Origin: Hamiltosporidium tvaerminnensis FI-OER-3-3
Lineage: Eukaryota; Fungi; Microsporidia
Assembly: GCA_022605425.2 (NCBI GenBank)
Contig: JAKIMF020000001.1
Span: 1,302,001 to 1,366,000, forward strand
DNA length: 64,000 nt
Reading direction: 5' to 3'
A program made the translations under genes and the position numbers. Shown piece by piece: positions 21,754 to 35,335 of this stretch; the stretch's first letter is position 1; every line of letters begins with the position of its first letter. The notes under the pieces were generated by a model that saw only the letters and a list, made by a program, of their open reading frames with translations, had not been told where the DNA came from and did not search any database.

Positions 21754-22281
21754 ATGTCAAAAAGTAAATTTTCTGGTCGTAAAAGACTTCTAAACTATAA
21801 ACCACAACAAATACAGCCGATAAAAAAACAAATGCATTCTTTACAACCACTACATACATATTTTTTAGTAAACCATTCATTAAAACCGCCGTACAGCATT
21901 TTGATAGACACAAATTTTATAAACCACACGATCCGACGAAAATTAGATTTACATACAGAAATGTTGCGGTGTTTGTACAGCAATTACAATTTATATGTAA
22001 CTGAATGTGTAATAGCCGAACTTGAAAAACTTGGTCGACCATACCGAGTAGCACTAAATATTCTTAAAAATCCTAAGTATATTCATCTCACGTGTGACCA
22101 TAAAGGAACGTACGTTGATGATTGTATTGTTGAACGTGTTACATCACACAGGTGTTATATTGTGGCTACGTGTGATACTGAACTTAAACAACGAATTAGA
22201 AAAATACCCAGTGTGCCTATTATGTATGTGAAAGGTATGCATTATGATGTAGAAGGATTACCAAACGGACCAATAAGATAA
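21754..22281 (+). CDS. FCF1: rRNA-processing PIN nuclease Fcf1/Utp24
   Basis: LKPPYSILIDTNFIN, VTECVIAELEKLG, CDHKGTYVDDCIVERV...CYIVATCDTELKQRIRKIPSVPIMY. Confidence 0.95.
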   Translation: MSKSKFSGRKRLLNYKPQQIQPIKKQMHSLQPLHTYFLVNHSLKPPYSILIDTNFINHTIRRKLDLHTEMLRCLYSNYNLYVTECVIAELEKLGRPYRVALNILKNPKYIHLTCDHKGTYVDDCIVERVTSHRCYIVATCDTELKQRIRKIPSVPIMYVKGMHYDVEGLPNGPIR

Positions 22282-22452
22282 TTTTTAATGTTTAAATAAA
22301 ATAAAAAAATAATTAAATTTAATTTTTAATCGTTCTTTTGTATTCATTGTTCAGATCTTGACTTTCGAAGATAAAGTTGTATACAAGTTAACAGTAAATT
22401 AGTAGAGTATTATGGAAAAATTTATTCTAAAATATTATTTATTTGTTCTGAA

Positions 22453-22535
22453 AGAAGAGATAAAAGTGGTTAAAGAGGTAGAAGAAAACATATAAAAATG
22501 GTAAAAATATCTTAACCCAGAAATTTATTAAATAA
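22453..22535 (+). repeat. Dispersed ~100-bp repeat, 5'-truncated copy 2 with 12-bp flanking direct repeat
   Basis: Same core as 18559 and 41895. ATTTGTTCTGAA lies on both sides (22441-22452 and 22536-22547). Confidence 0.8.
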
Positions 22536-24138
22536 ATTTGTTCTGAATGTGTGACATGATAAAGATTGTAAATAATAAAATTATTTAAAGTTTAATCTTG
22601 TTTGGAATAACGAAAAGGATATGAAAAATGGGGATAATGATATTTTATATAAAGCTTATACAGTATCATATATTAGCAATTAACTGATGAAACTATTTAA
22701 TATAATTAATATAAATGTAAATATAATTTTTATATCCATTATTTAGTACTCATAATATAAAAAATAAATCTTTAAATGATTTGAAGAATTTTACTGTGAA
22801 TATATATTTGTAGAGATTTATTTGTTTTGAAAATTCATTCGATAAGATATATTTTTAGATAAAGAAATAAATTTAAAAAATATATTATTCACAGTATTAT
22901 TGTATTCTATACAGAAGAAAAAAAAATAATGTTTATATCTGAATATAATTTTTATTTATAAATATAAATATTTGATAATTTTCTAACTGAATCAAATAAA
23001 ATTGATAATTTATGATTAACTATGAAGATGAAGGAGGAATAACTATATTAAAATCTATCTGCTTGGTAAGTAGTCTGTAGAATTAGGAGGAAAATTAAAG
23101 TTTTTATTTTCGGTTGGATATAGACTACAATGGATTTATATTTTAATACTCTAAAAATTTGTACTACCACAAATTAAAACAAATTGGGAAAATATAGAAT
23201 TGTCTCAAAAATAAATTATCTACCATGGAATTCAGACTATTACATGTGCAACGTAAAAATAATGGGTTTGACATAGAAAGTATAAGAACTTTTGGGTTTT
23301 GAAATCTGTTGATTTTTTACAACCATCTTTCCGTGAAAGAGGAATATATGTAGGAAATAGTACCATGACGAATGTGGAAATATATTGGTGACATATTTTA
23401 TTACTCAAATAAAGAGGTATAAGAAAACTGACATAATGCAGTAAAAATATAGAATTCTAAATAAATTATATTACTATTTTTAATCTATAATATTAACATA
23501 TGAGTAGATATTTATATTGATAATAAACTTAAGATAATTATTTTATTTTATAAGTGTGTATCTTTATCAGATATCAATCTAATTTAAGAGGAATATATTT
23601 ATTAAAATTTAAACAAAAAGATTCTTAAACAGCTTGATTGGTACAAAAGAATATTTATATAAAATATAAACAAAAAAGCTTCTTAAACAGCCTGATTAGT
23701 ATAAAAGAATATTTATATAAAATTTAATGAAATTCTACATTTTATACAAAAAAAATGGAATATTTAATTGAGATACATAATCTAATTTAGTAACATTATC
23801 TGTACATAAGAATAAATTTATTTATTAAGAATAAGATTACTATGACTTTTCTAATATTTAAGATGCCACAATAACGAAAAATTTTTATTTCTATTCATTT
23901 GAGAAAAATCTTTGAATTTCAATGCCTATGTTTTGACAATTGTGATTTTAGTACATTTTTTTAAAATAAAAACAGTAAAAAAAAATCTTATAATTGCTTA
24001 TCATGAAAAAAAATAACGAAAAAAACCGCAAAAAAAGAGTTTTTGCTTTCTGAAGAAGCAAATATATTAAATAAACTTTCATTAAATTACCGCAAACAAG
24101 CTTTTTCTATAAATTTTATTACTAAAAAAGGAAAAAAA

Positions 24139-24153
24139 AGAAATTTCTAGAAA
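24139..24153 (+). promoter_or_regulatory. Heat-shock element (HSF binding site) upstream of Hsp104/ClpB
   Basis: aGAAatTTCtaGAAa is a perfect nGAAnnTTCnnGAAn, followed by TTTATAA (~24163) and a CCC motif before the ATG at 24196. Confidence 0.8.
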
Positions 24154-24195
24154 TAAAAAACCTTTATAAGCAAAAAAGTTTGTAATCCCATACAA

Positions 24196-26712
24196 ATGCA
24201 GAAGAACTACGATCAAGAGACAAAAAAATTATTAGATTCAGCCTTTACATTAGCCTATGAAAACAATAACTCTACTGTTGAACCAGAACATCTTTTACGT
24301 GTTATTTTAGAAGAAAAGCAAACCACTCTCAAACCAGAAGATAAACGTATAATTTCCGAAATTCTTCTGACCAAAATACATGCGTTTCCAAAGCAACAAG
24401 ATGCTCCTGTTCCTAATATAGGTACATCTTTGCTTAAAGTTATAATGGAATCGGAAAAAATTGCTACGACACGAAATGAATCAGTAACACCTGCACATTT
24501 GTTGAGTTCATTGCTTGAAATCCCCAAAATAAAAAGCATTTTTACGTCGAAAAACATTGAACTACCTTCGTTGGTAAAATCAGATGCGCTCTCTCAATTT
24601 TCAGTCGACATGATAGAACAGGCTCGTCAGAATCTTTTAGATCCTGTTATAGGAAGAGATGAAGAAATAAGACTTGTTATGGAAATATTAGCTAAGAAAA
24701 CCAAAAGTAATCCAATATTGGTGGGAAATCCCGGTGTAGGAAAAACAGCTATTGTGTCTGGATTAGCACAACTTATAGCAAAGAACAAAGTACCAACATT
24801 GGCGAATGCAAAGATTTATAATATAGATGTTGGTGCGATGGTGGCAGGAACTTCACTTCGGGGTGCATTTGAAGAGAGATTAAAAAAAGTTATAAAAGAA
24901 GCAGAGAAATCACCAAATATTATTTTATTTATCGATGAAATTCACATTGTACTTTCCGCAGGTTCAACGGGGGAAAGTGCTATGGATGCAGCCAATATGT
25001 TAAAACCAAGTCTAGCTTCTGGCGCAATAAAATGTATTGGCGCCACAACTTTTGAAGAATACAGAAAATACATTGAAAAGGATCCAGCATTTGCAAGAAG
25101 ATTCGTACAAGTTACGGTGAAAGAACCAAATATTGAAGATACAGTCACTATGCTACGTGGAATGCGAGAAAGAATGGAATTACATCACGGAATAAAAATA
25201 TCTGATGATGCACTCGTTTTTGCTGCTAAATGTGCCAAAAAATATATTCCAAGACGTCATCTGCCAGATAGTGCCATCGATCTTATTGATACGGCATGTG
25301 CCAGTATGGTAATTGATTTGGAAGGCGAGCCACAGGAACTTTTAAATATAAAAGGTAAAATTTGGTCTGCTGAATTGGAAAAAGCAGCTTTGGAATTAGA
25401 TTTGGGCAGAATTAAAAACCAACAAGACAATTTAATAGAAGAAAGACTTAAAGAAACAGAAACAAAAATACAAAGATTAAATAATGAGCTTAAACCACTG
25501 GAAGAGAATTTTTACAAAGGAAAAGGCAGAATTCTTGAAATAAAAAAGATTAAAAAAAGAATCGATGATTTGAACAGTAAATTAAGCAATGCAGAAAGAG
25601 ACAGAGATATTTATACGGTAGTCGATATTCAACAAAATATTTTACCGATTCTCAAAGAAAAATTAGAAAAACTTGAAAAAGAAAGTATAATCGGTGAAAT
25701 AATTGGTCCAAATAATGTAGCAGAAGTACTTAGCAGATGGGTAGGAATCAATGTAGGAAGAATTACATTAAAGGAAAATGAGAGACTGTTAAATATGGGT
25801 GATCGAATTAAAAGTAGAATATTTGGACAGGATACTGCAGTAGATACCGTTGTAAGATGTCTTTTACAGAACCGAGTCGGGCTTTCTGTTCCTAATAAAC
25901 CAATAGGGACCTTTTTATTTTTAGGTCCCACTGGTGTTGGTAAAACAGAACTTGCCAAAGCATTAAGTTATGAATTATTTGATGATGAGAAAAATATGGT
26001 TTGTATTGATATGAGTGAATATGGAAATGAAATGAGTGTAAGTAAATTGGTTGGTGTCAGTGCTGGTTATGTTGGCTATGGAGAAGGTGGTGTTTTAACA
26101 GAGGCAGTCAGAAACAAACCATACAATGTAGTTCTCTTAGACGAAGTAGATTTAGCACACAGTAGAGCGTTAAATTTACTTTATCAAATCTTAGATGAAG
26201 GTAGAGTCATGGATGGAAAAGGTGTTGTGGTTGATTTTACTAACACCGTTATAATTATGACTTCTAATATTGGGCAAAATGAAATTTTAAGTTCAAAGAA
26301 TGTCGAGGAAGTGAAAGGAATTGTAGAAAATAAAATTGTAGAGAAATTTGGAATGGCACTGTTTAATAGGATGGATGGTGTTGTATATTTCAATGTGTTA
26401 ACAATTGAAGTGATGAGTAAAATATTTGATTATAATTTAAATCAAATGAATAAACGATTAAAAGAAAAAAAATTAATGTTAAAAGTATCTGACAGAGTTA
26501 AAGACGATGTACTGGCAAGATGTTTTAATCAGTTTTATGGTGCTAGACCCTTAAAAAGGTATATGCAGAAAAATTTTATGGATGGAGTTACGAGACTTAT
26601 TTTGAGCCATGGTTCTGAGATTGAAAAAGGAATTATTTCTTGTTATTGTGATGATGAAGGTATTATTGGGGAAATAGTAGGTGATTATGTTTATGTGTTA
26701 GATGTTTTATAA
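24196..26712 (+). CDS. HSP104: Hsp104/Hsp101/ClpB AAA+ disaggregase
   Basis: Clp N domain, LDPVIGRDEEIR, Walker A GNPGVGKT, Walker B LFIDEIH, coiled-coil M domain, second AAA GPTGVGKTELAK and YGARPLKR. Confidence 0.95.
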   Translation: MQKNYDQETKKLLDSAFTLAYENNNSTVEPEHLLRVILEEKQTTLKPEDKRIISEILLTKIHAFPKQQDAPVPNIGTSLLKVIMESEKIATTRNESVTPAHLLSSLLEIPKIKSIFTSKNIELPSLVKSDALSQFSVDMIEQARQNLLDPVIGRDEEIRLVMEILAKKTKSNPILVGNPGVGKTAIVSGLAQLIAKNKVPTLANAKIYNIDVGAMVAGTSLRGAFEERLKKVIKEAEKSPNIILFIDEIHIVLSAGSTGESAMDAANMLKPSLASGAIKCIGATTFEEYRKYIEKDPAFARRFVQVTVKEPNIEDTVTMLRGMRERMELHHGIKISDDALVFAAKCAKKYIPRRHLPDSAIDLIDTACASMVIDLEGEPQELLNIKGKIWSAELEKAALELDLGRIKNQQDNLIEERLKETETKIQRLNNELKPLEENFYKGKGRILEIKKIKKRIDDLNSKLSNAERDRDIYTVVDIQQNILPILKEKLEKLEKESIIGEIIGPNNVAEVLSRWVGINVGRITLKENERLLNMGDRIKSRIFGQDTAVDTVVRCLLQNRVGLSVPNKPIGTFLFLGPTGVGKTELAKALSYELFDDEKNMVCIDMSEYGNEMSVSKLVGVSAGYVGYGEGGVLTEAVRNKPYNVVLLDEVDLAHSRALNLLYQILDEGRVMDGKGVVVDFTNTVIIMTSNIGQNEILSSKNVEEVKGIVENKIVEKFGMALFNRMDGVVYFNVLTIEVMSKIFDYNLNQMNKRLKEKKLMLKVSDRVKDDVLARCFNQFYGARPLKRYMQKNFMDGVTRLILSHGSEIEKGIISCYCDDEGIIGEIVGDYVYVLDVL

Positions 26713-28975
26713 ACCTTCTAGGAAAATTTTAAATAAATTTTAGTTTTTAAAAATGTTTGAATTTCTAAAAATAGTCTTTTTGATTAAAGTTTATTTTTGC
26801 AGGCAGTAAAAGAGTCTACTTTTTATTTTTTTACTAAAGAAAGGATTAGAAGAAAACTTAAAGGTAATTTTTGTGTTAAAAAACTCTATTCTTTTTAAAC
26901 GTGCATTTTATAATAAAAAAAACTTCCCACCCTGAATTTTCTTGATTAAATGCTAAAATTTTATAATCTGTATACTAAATCAGAAAATGGATATATCATT
27001 AGGACCTAAAAAAGTAATGAAAAAGAAGATTGAAAAACGGATTCTGCATGGAGATAGTTTGTCAAGTATTTACATATGTTGTTTTCGTTTGTTGAAGAGA
27101 TTATAAGAAACTATATAAAGGTGAAGATTCTTAGGTATACGGTTCACATACAACAGATTCTCTCTTGTTTTTTGATGATCATAAGCTTCTTGCAATAAAA
27201 ATTAAACATTTGACTTTTAACAAGCGAGATGAAACATTTTTAAAAAGTTAAAGTCATTGAAATCAATAAAGATAATCGGATACAACGGATTCTTACTTTT
27301 GAAAGAGTTTCTATTCTTTCAGAAGGAATTGTTTTTTATAATTCTTTAGGAATAAAATAGCAAAAGAAACCTATCGGGGTTCATTTGTGCAACAAAGAGT
27401 GAAATTTAAATGGAGAATTGAAAATTAAATCTAAAAAATTTATTTTAGGCAATTAATTGACATACAATATTGTTTATCAGCTATAAAATCGGAGTAATTC
27501 TACTGGAATTAGCTGACTTCTTTTAGTTGCGTTATAGATTTGTGCATTTTTGGTGAAAAATAAAATTAATATTAGACCTGGATGTATAGAGGGGATTGAT
27601 TTGCTAGATCTAAACCTTGAAGAAATCTTCATAATTATAATTAATAGAATCGAACATATGCTTCTGCAACTCTTATATTGTCTGTAATGAAACAAATCAA
27701 TACGTATCAGAAAGACAGCAAATCGTAAGGTCAAAAATTATGATGTAATGAACCTTACAATATTAAAAGACATAATCTACTACAATATAGGTTCAGCGCG
27801 AAATCACATGAGAATTTCTAAAATTCACCTAGGAGTTTTTATTAAAAAGAGAAAACTGAAAATATTATGCCAAGTTTTATAAAGCTGGAAATAATAAAAC
27901 TTGTCTTTTAAATTTTGAAAATCCTTAAGCAACGAAACATCAGATGATTTGATGACACGATAATCTTTTATATTTTAGGTAAATACATATTTGAAGACAC
28001 AGAAGTAAGGTTTTTTTATATTCTGGAAATTTTAGAAACATGATAGATCTTTCTAAATTAGTTTAAAACTTTTTATGAACAAACGTGTTGAAAAAACGAA
28101 TTTGTTTGGTGTTCATATACTAATCAGAAATAAATGCCAATTTAGGCATATAAAACCAATTCGAGGATACTTAAATCAAACACTCTCTGGAAGGAGTATG
28201 GAGAAATAATTGTATATCGCAATAGAAATTTATGTATAGATTTAAAATAATGTCTAATTATATTTCTTCATACGAAATTAAATATGATTGGATTCATCGA
28301 GTCTCAGATTCTGCACAAAAATTGCCTGAAATTGTTGAAACAGAGAAAATGCAAAAAAAAGGCTTAGTAATCAATAAGAAACATATTATTTATTGTAATG
28401 TAATGCTAATTTCTTGTTTAGACATGCACGCGGTTTTGAAATTATATTTTACGTTACAGATTAAAAAAACTCTGAATGTGATGTAAATAAAGTTACTTTA
28501 GATGTATTATAAAAACTGTTAAAATCCGACTTTTGAGATTAAGCAGTTTTACTTCAATTAAATTCCGATAAAAATTATGATAAGGCATGAGGGGATGTAT
28601 ACAAGGAGTCGGAGGCATAAGCACTTTATAAGAGACTAACAACAGTAGCGATGAGCAAAAAAGTATTTGAAAATATTTTTAATGTATAAACTTATATTAA
28701 ATGAAAAGTTATAAAACAATTGATTGTCATAAAATACGGCAAAAGATTGAATATAAAAGCATGCAAATAAATTTGGAAGAAATATAAAAAATATACGGAA
28801 GTAACATAGGTTTTGAAGTAATTTATTTTTGTTAATCAGTATTTTTATAAATTAAAATGAATTATTTGACACATTTCTGAAAAAATTTGACATCAAACTC
28901 AAATTAAAGGTTTAATAAAGACGAAAGAAGTAAATTGGATTCCAAACTATAAATACTGGTTTTTTTCTAAAATTT

Positions 28976-31307
28976 ATGCGATTTAATATGCGGGTTTTTA
29001 TCGAATTTTTTCTCAATACACCATTATTTTTCTTTATTTTGATGTTTAGTGATCATTCGTGTGAAAGAGGTGTAACATTCAATGTCTCTGGTGATAAAAA
29101 AGAAATTACTTCGTATTCGGCTGTAAATCAATTTGAAACCATGTGTTTATGTAAAATCAAAAGAGATAGTACAGTAGAATCAATGAAAGTAAAAAGTATC
29201 AGCAAATTGCTCATCAGAGACACAAATATTCAATATAAAAAAATTTATCATTAAAGATATAAAGAAAATTGATATCAATTTTGAAATATTCGAAAATTTA
29301 CCCAGCAAAAATTCAAATATCGAAATATATTTCTGTAATCATATAAAAGCATCAATATTTTTAACATTGTATTAGTTTATGATATCACATTGTTTGCCAA
29401 ATGATAAAATGACACTTGACACCTATTACACAATATTGTACTTCCTAGAATATTTAAGAGTTAAATATAATGATAAACTGCGAGAAGTTTTAAGATTGTG
29501 CTTTGTTAATTTATCAATTTCCATAGTCACAGATGATTTTGATATTGAGACGGTCTCATTTCATTTCTCAAAACAAGAATATTTTTCTCATCAATTATTT
29601 AAAAAATTATCACAAGAATATTTTAAATTTTCAAAATTTAAAATAAATATGATTGATCCGTTTTTTCCCAAAAAAAACATCTTATGATTTTAAAAAATTC
29701 GAAGGTTTGTATAATTATGATAGGAAACATAAATTGATCGTAAATGATTATTTTAATTTCTTTTTTTCTGAAAAGGTGGATTTGAATCAAAAAACAAAAA
29801 ATCTATTTATCATATTGTTAAATACATTAGACATAAAGTATTTACACATGTCTTTTGTAAACAGAACAAATTTGAAGGCTTTTCTTTTCGTATTACGGAA
29901 TTTAAAAAAGAATATTCACGAGATTATATTTTATGGTGGCTCCATATATGATGAAAAAAGTGAATCTCTATATAAAAATGCAAATTTTACGAGTTTAAAA
30001 AAAATTGTATTTTTAGAACCTTATATAGCAACAAATGAAATATTTTCAAGCCTTTTGAAAACAATAAATTAATTTATATTATGTAATAATAGTATTATGA
30101 ATGAGCAAAGCGAAGTTATTAAGTTCGAAGGTTTTTGAAATCTTAATATAGTTGATGATATAATAGAAGGTCTATTATGTGCATCCAAAAAGATACATCT
30201 AGAAAAATCGATTTGTTTTAATCTAGAAATGCTTAAAAAAAACATATATTTTTATTTGAAATTTATTAGTGGAAATGAATTCAAGCAGAAAATTCAAATC
30301 TTTGAATCCATAAATTTAACTTCATCTCGTTGGACGATCAAATGACTTCATGCATTTAATTTCTATTTCCAAAATATTTCTATTAGTTTGATAAATTCAG
30401 ATTGGAAGCAATTTTCAATCAAAGATACTATTTTAGAAAAAAATATAATCGAAATCATAATTTCTGGTTCAAAAATAACGACTGGTTTTCTGTAGGATAT
30501 TTTAAATATCGAAATAAAAAGCTTAGAAATACTATATCCGGATTTATTTGTCCAAACTATTAATTAAGTTAAAAACGATTCTATTGAATATTTTAGTTTT
30601 TGGCCCAAAAATTGTGTTGATTTTCGTTATTTTTTTGTGCTAATAAATATGATGACTAATCTTAAAAAAATCTCGTTCACATATGGAAATCAATTAGAGT
30701 GGCAACTTTTTGACGGTCGAGGTATTTATATCACGCAATTATATATGCGAAATATAGACAGGATAATTTATTTCTATAAACTATTCAAATATAATTTGAA
30801 TCCTCAATTTAATATAAAACAAAACGAAATAATATATAACCAATACCACCTAGGTTCCTTAAAATATTTTTTTCAAAAATATCATCTGAGCAGTATAAAG
30901 AGACTATATCGTTATGAGTTTTCTATAAATAAATTAGATTCAGAAGCATTTAGTAATTTCTTAATCTCGAAGACTTTGGTATTTTTAGTATTAAATTTCA
31001 AAATATTTTTTTGAGCGAAATGTTTTGTATTTCACAAGAATACAACATAAAGAGATTGGAATTAAAAGAAGTGTCTATATATCAAGCAGATTTTGATTTT
31101 ATTTCGAAATTAAAGAAACTTAAGGAACTTAACCTTCGTGAATGTGATATTCAGAAAGTTACTTACTCATATATAAAAATATTGTTTATTAGTGAATTTT
31201 ATATTGAACTTAAATATCGAGAAAAATATGATTTTTTATCTAAGAATTTTACTCGAATTATTAAGACAGCTTTCGAACCTAAATATATCGTTATAACGCC
31301 GATATAA
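28976..31307 (+). pseudogene. Frameshifted signal-peptide + LRR-like lineage-specific gene
   Basis: Consecutive ORF fragments in different frames (28976, 29379, 29653, 30637, 31011) read as one protein: a hydrophobic N-terminus, YTILYFLEYLRVK, and C-terminal LRR units (IKRLELKEVSI, LKKLKELNLRECDI). Confidence 0.7.
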
Positions 31308-32049
31308 GGCTTGAAGTATTTGAAAAATATGTTGCCTCTTTAAAATATATTTATACCTTTTGTTTTTTGAATTATATTATAAATAATTTAATCCTTCGGT
31401 TTCTTAGACATACAAATATTTGTAACATCTGATCTCAGAGTAGGACCTATTGGTTTATTCAATATAGTTGGTTATACCTTATTTATTTCTGAGAATAAAG
31501 AAAATAAAAAGGTCGCCAAAGAATCAGAATATAAAATCAACAAAAAAAAACAACTAAGTTTTAAATCAGACAGGAAAATCAAATTAACCAAACAATTATA
31601 AATAGTAAATAAACCTGAAGTATTTTCTTATTTAAAAAAATATTAAATATTATCTGTAAAAGTATATATACCTTATCAAGGTTTGCTTTGCTTTCAAAAC
31701 ATAAAGTTTAAGAAATAAAGTTAAAAAATGGATCATTGTTATCCTTTTAAATAAATTAGTGGATATAAATAAAATTTTGAGTTTAAAAATGCAATAATTC
31801 ATCAAATAAAACGAGAAAAGATGTGGTAAAAATTAATAAAAGCTACAAAACTGGAGAAAATAAAAGTTTTTTTCAGATGTAGATATTTCTTTTATAAAAA
31901 ATCCAGCCATAACACATAAATTCTTTGAAATATGTGAATTACATTAGAACATTATTAGCCTTGACACGCTACATTCGACTCTTAAATCAATTTTGTTTCT
32001 ATTGAAAAACCATCTAATAGAGTTTAAAAAATTGAACGAAGATTCTTAT

Positions 32050-32360
32050 GCAGAGCCATTTTTGGAAAGAAACTGGTTAATGACATTGAAACACATGGTG
32101 TACTCTATGGAACCCAAAAAGAAAAGACCAACTAGGTTTATGTTTCTAGCAATATAGACAGGACTTGTGTAATTCCAATGCGCTACTTTAAGGCTTCTTA
32201 GAAATTAAATATAATATTTGGCGGTGTTTTTAATATCAATATGTTGAAAAATCAGCATTATTCAATGACGCAGAAATGAAAAAACGTATTAAGAAAACAG
32301 ATATTAACTAATAACAACAAAGTCTTTGCGTTGCATGTTATCTATCTGGCCTATTGTTTA
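32050..32360 (+). mobile_element. Possible eroded non-LTR retrotransposon fragment
   Basis: Broken motifs FMFLAI*..VIPMRYF and NNKVFALH resemble the post-RT region (FM.AIQDQVIPTR.Y...RHN.V...H) of RLE-type LINEs; weak. Confidence 0.25.
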
Positions 32361-33149
32361 CAAATAAAAAGAATTTTTATAAAATTAAAGTAATCAGTAA
32401 ATTGGTTGTTTGTTTCGCAAGCTTAAGAGTAAATTCATGATAATAAGATTTGTCTCTCGTTTATATAATAGTTAGGTAGCATATAAATGCTGGATTATTT
32501 AGGTAAATTACATATGAGAAATCGCTTTCATCATAAAATTTGCGCAAGTGTGCTATAAAGAGGTACTCCAAATAGAAAATGTATTTTTTTGATCAAAAAA
32601 TATCGAAATTTTAAACGTAACGTAAGACCTTCTAGATATCCCCCTAGGAAGAATTTTAGACAAATAAGTTCATTATGGCTTCAAAAAATAGTTTCCAGAA
32701 ATAAATCGATTATTGCCATATAAATTAAGCCGTAGATAGTATCTTTTTGAGGCTTGATTTAAAAAATAATGAAATTTTTGCCTACAAAACGAATTACGAT
32801 ATCGAAAATTTGAGAGCCTTTTTTTTAAAAGGAATACTATTTATGAATTATTTAAAAGTCTATTATATGTTTTTATCTGAACGTGTGGAATCCGAACATG
32901 TGATTAGTCGTGATTAAATCTTGATTTTTTGGCCTACTCTGTAGGGAAAAAAATTGGGTCATGCGTGAAGATTATTTGATTTTATCTGTATCAGATACAC
33001 AAACGGAGATATTTTATTGTTTAGAGAGTCAATTAATACCAAATATTGAGTGCTTCTCAATCAAAGAAGTTGAAATATTTCGAATTTGAAATTTTCGTCT
33101 AAAACTCGAATATTTGCAAGCATCTTTGTAATATTTTTAAAACTATATG

Positions 33150-33900
33150 TTTTTTTGTTCTTAACAAGCCAAATAATTCTACTGTACGTATTTGATACTA
33201 AAATACATGCAAAACAGAGTACTGAATACAAACAGATTTCCGGGTTAGTCAAATTTGTACAAGCACACGACAAAACAGTGAAAAAAATCGTTCTGCAGGA
33301 GGTTGAAAACTCTAAATTACTATTAAATAACTAGTTATAAAGGGTTAGAGATGAGCAAGAAGCAAAGACAGAGTTTGGTAAGCGTCTTTTTTAATAAGAA
33401 TATGAATATTATCTTTAAGTAAGATGGATTGATGTCAAAAAAATTATGATCGAATAAATCACGCTTCATTAACTGAATGCATCGAAAACTCTAATTTATC
33501 TGATTTTGTTATAGAATCATTTTGGACAACTATATTCAAATAGAAAATTAAGGGATCATCAGGGCCTGAATTTTTTTTAGCAAGAAGACTATAAGAAGAA
33601 TTCTGCTTGGATATAGTTGGACTCTTTTTATATTTTTTTACTTATTAACTGAACTAAAACATAAAAGTAAACATAAGAAATTAGAAATTCATGAGAATAT
33701 TTGTTCCTACAAAACAACACTCTTGTTTATATATGATATTAATTTTGGGCTCATCATGATATTTTTGGCTTAAAGACAAGTGAGGTACAATTTTTCTTAG
33801 TATAAAAAGATTTGGAGGTTAGAAAGAGGAAATCAAGGACAAATATTACGTGTTGTAAAGACTGCTACTTTTCTAGAAGGCGTAGGCGTTTACGGATATG
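33150..33900 (+). mobile_element. Possible eroded Ty3/Gypsy integrase fragment
   Basis: Broken motifs NHFGQL (cf. GHFG), FCLDIVGLF (cf. .DIVGPL) and a DQGTQF-like stretch near 33775; weak. Confidence 0.3.
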
Positions 33901-34049
33901 TTGGAGTGATGGAAGATAGGAAGGGCAACCCAATATGTAGTTTGTCCGGGAAATAAAAACAAACTAAATACAAGACTCAAAAAGCTTTATGAAACAAATT
34001 CAATACCAGAAATTTAATTTAATGTTTATGAATATGTGATAAAATAAAA

Positions 34050-35335
34050 TTTCAAAAAAATGAACATATATTTATCCTGATTGATTTATCCTTGTTAATA
34101 ATCGTGATACATGCCGTCTTAGAAAATAAGTTGTTACATTTTAAGTTAGAATGTAGGAGAAATTTGAAAACTTTTATATCAGGATTCGGAAAAGTCTGAA
34201 CATTTTTGAATCGCGTAGTAACTATATGATTTTGCAATGCTTGAACTACCTGAAAAAGAAATAAGTACCAAATGAGTATCAATTTTAACTATTTAAAATG
34301 ACAATATAATGCAGATCGACTAAAAAAAGCGTTTATCGGACTTGAATATCGAGAAGAAAACGTTATTACAACAAACACTAACAAAAACACAGCTAGAATT
34401 TTTATATATCAAAATAGAAAACCGAAAATTGCATCTAAATTATATAATAACATGAATAAAGAATCAGTAGCATTGATGATTCCAAGAAAGAGCTTATAAA
34501 AGGGAACATCAAGCCAACTGAATAGCTTTCTTCTGTTATATTCAAGATAGAAATTTATTATGTGATACAGAATAAAAATATCAAAATTGTTTAACATCTA
34601 AAAAATCTGTTGAATGATTGACTACTAATGTGAAATACTGCACACATATGGTCATAATAGACATCATAATGAGATATTTAGAATCCAAGTATAATTCTTT
34701 TAATAAATATAAATTTCGAACTTTAAAACGAATTATGATTATTTCTCGTACAGAAATACTTAAAAATGAGTGGGCTGAAAGAAAAAAAAGGATATAAAAA
34801 GATGCCAATGTTCAGTTTAATATATCTGATATATTAATTCTACATTTGAAATAAGATAAATTAATTATATGTATGATGAATCTATCTCAAAAAATATGTT
34901 TCGTAGTTTTGAAATCGTAATTTCTTAGAGATTAGCATACCTATAAAAATGATCTTATCAAAGATTAATATATAAAATTCTTGTAATTAACAATTCAAAG
35001 TAAAGTGTAAATTATAAACATATTTTTACTAAGCACGGATAGGAAATTAAAGGAAAAACAACAACCTTTATTGCTAAAATGATAATATCCAGTTTTTTTA
35101 ATTTTCGAAAGCGAAATCAAATCTTCATGTCTCCGAACTCAAAAAAATACTGGAAATTAGTATGAACACTATATTAGTGATATACGAGAAATTTTCTCTC
35201 ATCTGTAATTTATATACATCAGGAAGTGAAGGTTTAAAAATAGCTGAAATTTTCATTTTTTGCCTCTAAGATACTGTAATTAAACAACAACTTAATTCCA
35301 AAAAAAACATCATGGAAATTACTTTTAATAAAGGT
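34050..35335 (-). pseudogene. Decayed lineage-specific (LRR-family-like) gene
   Basis: Several short minus-strand ORF fragments (34052, 34409, 34581) with composition like the 28976-31307 family. Confidence 0.35.
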
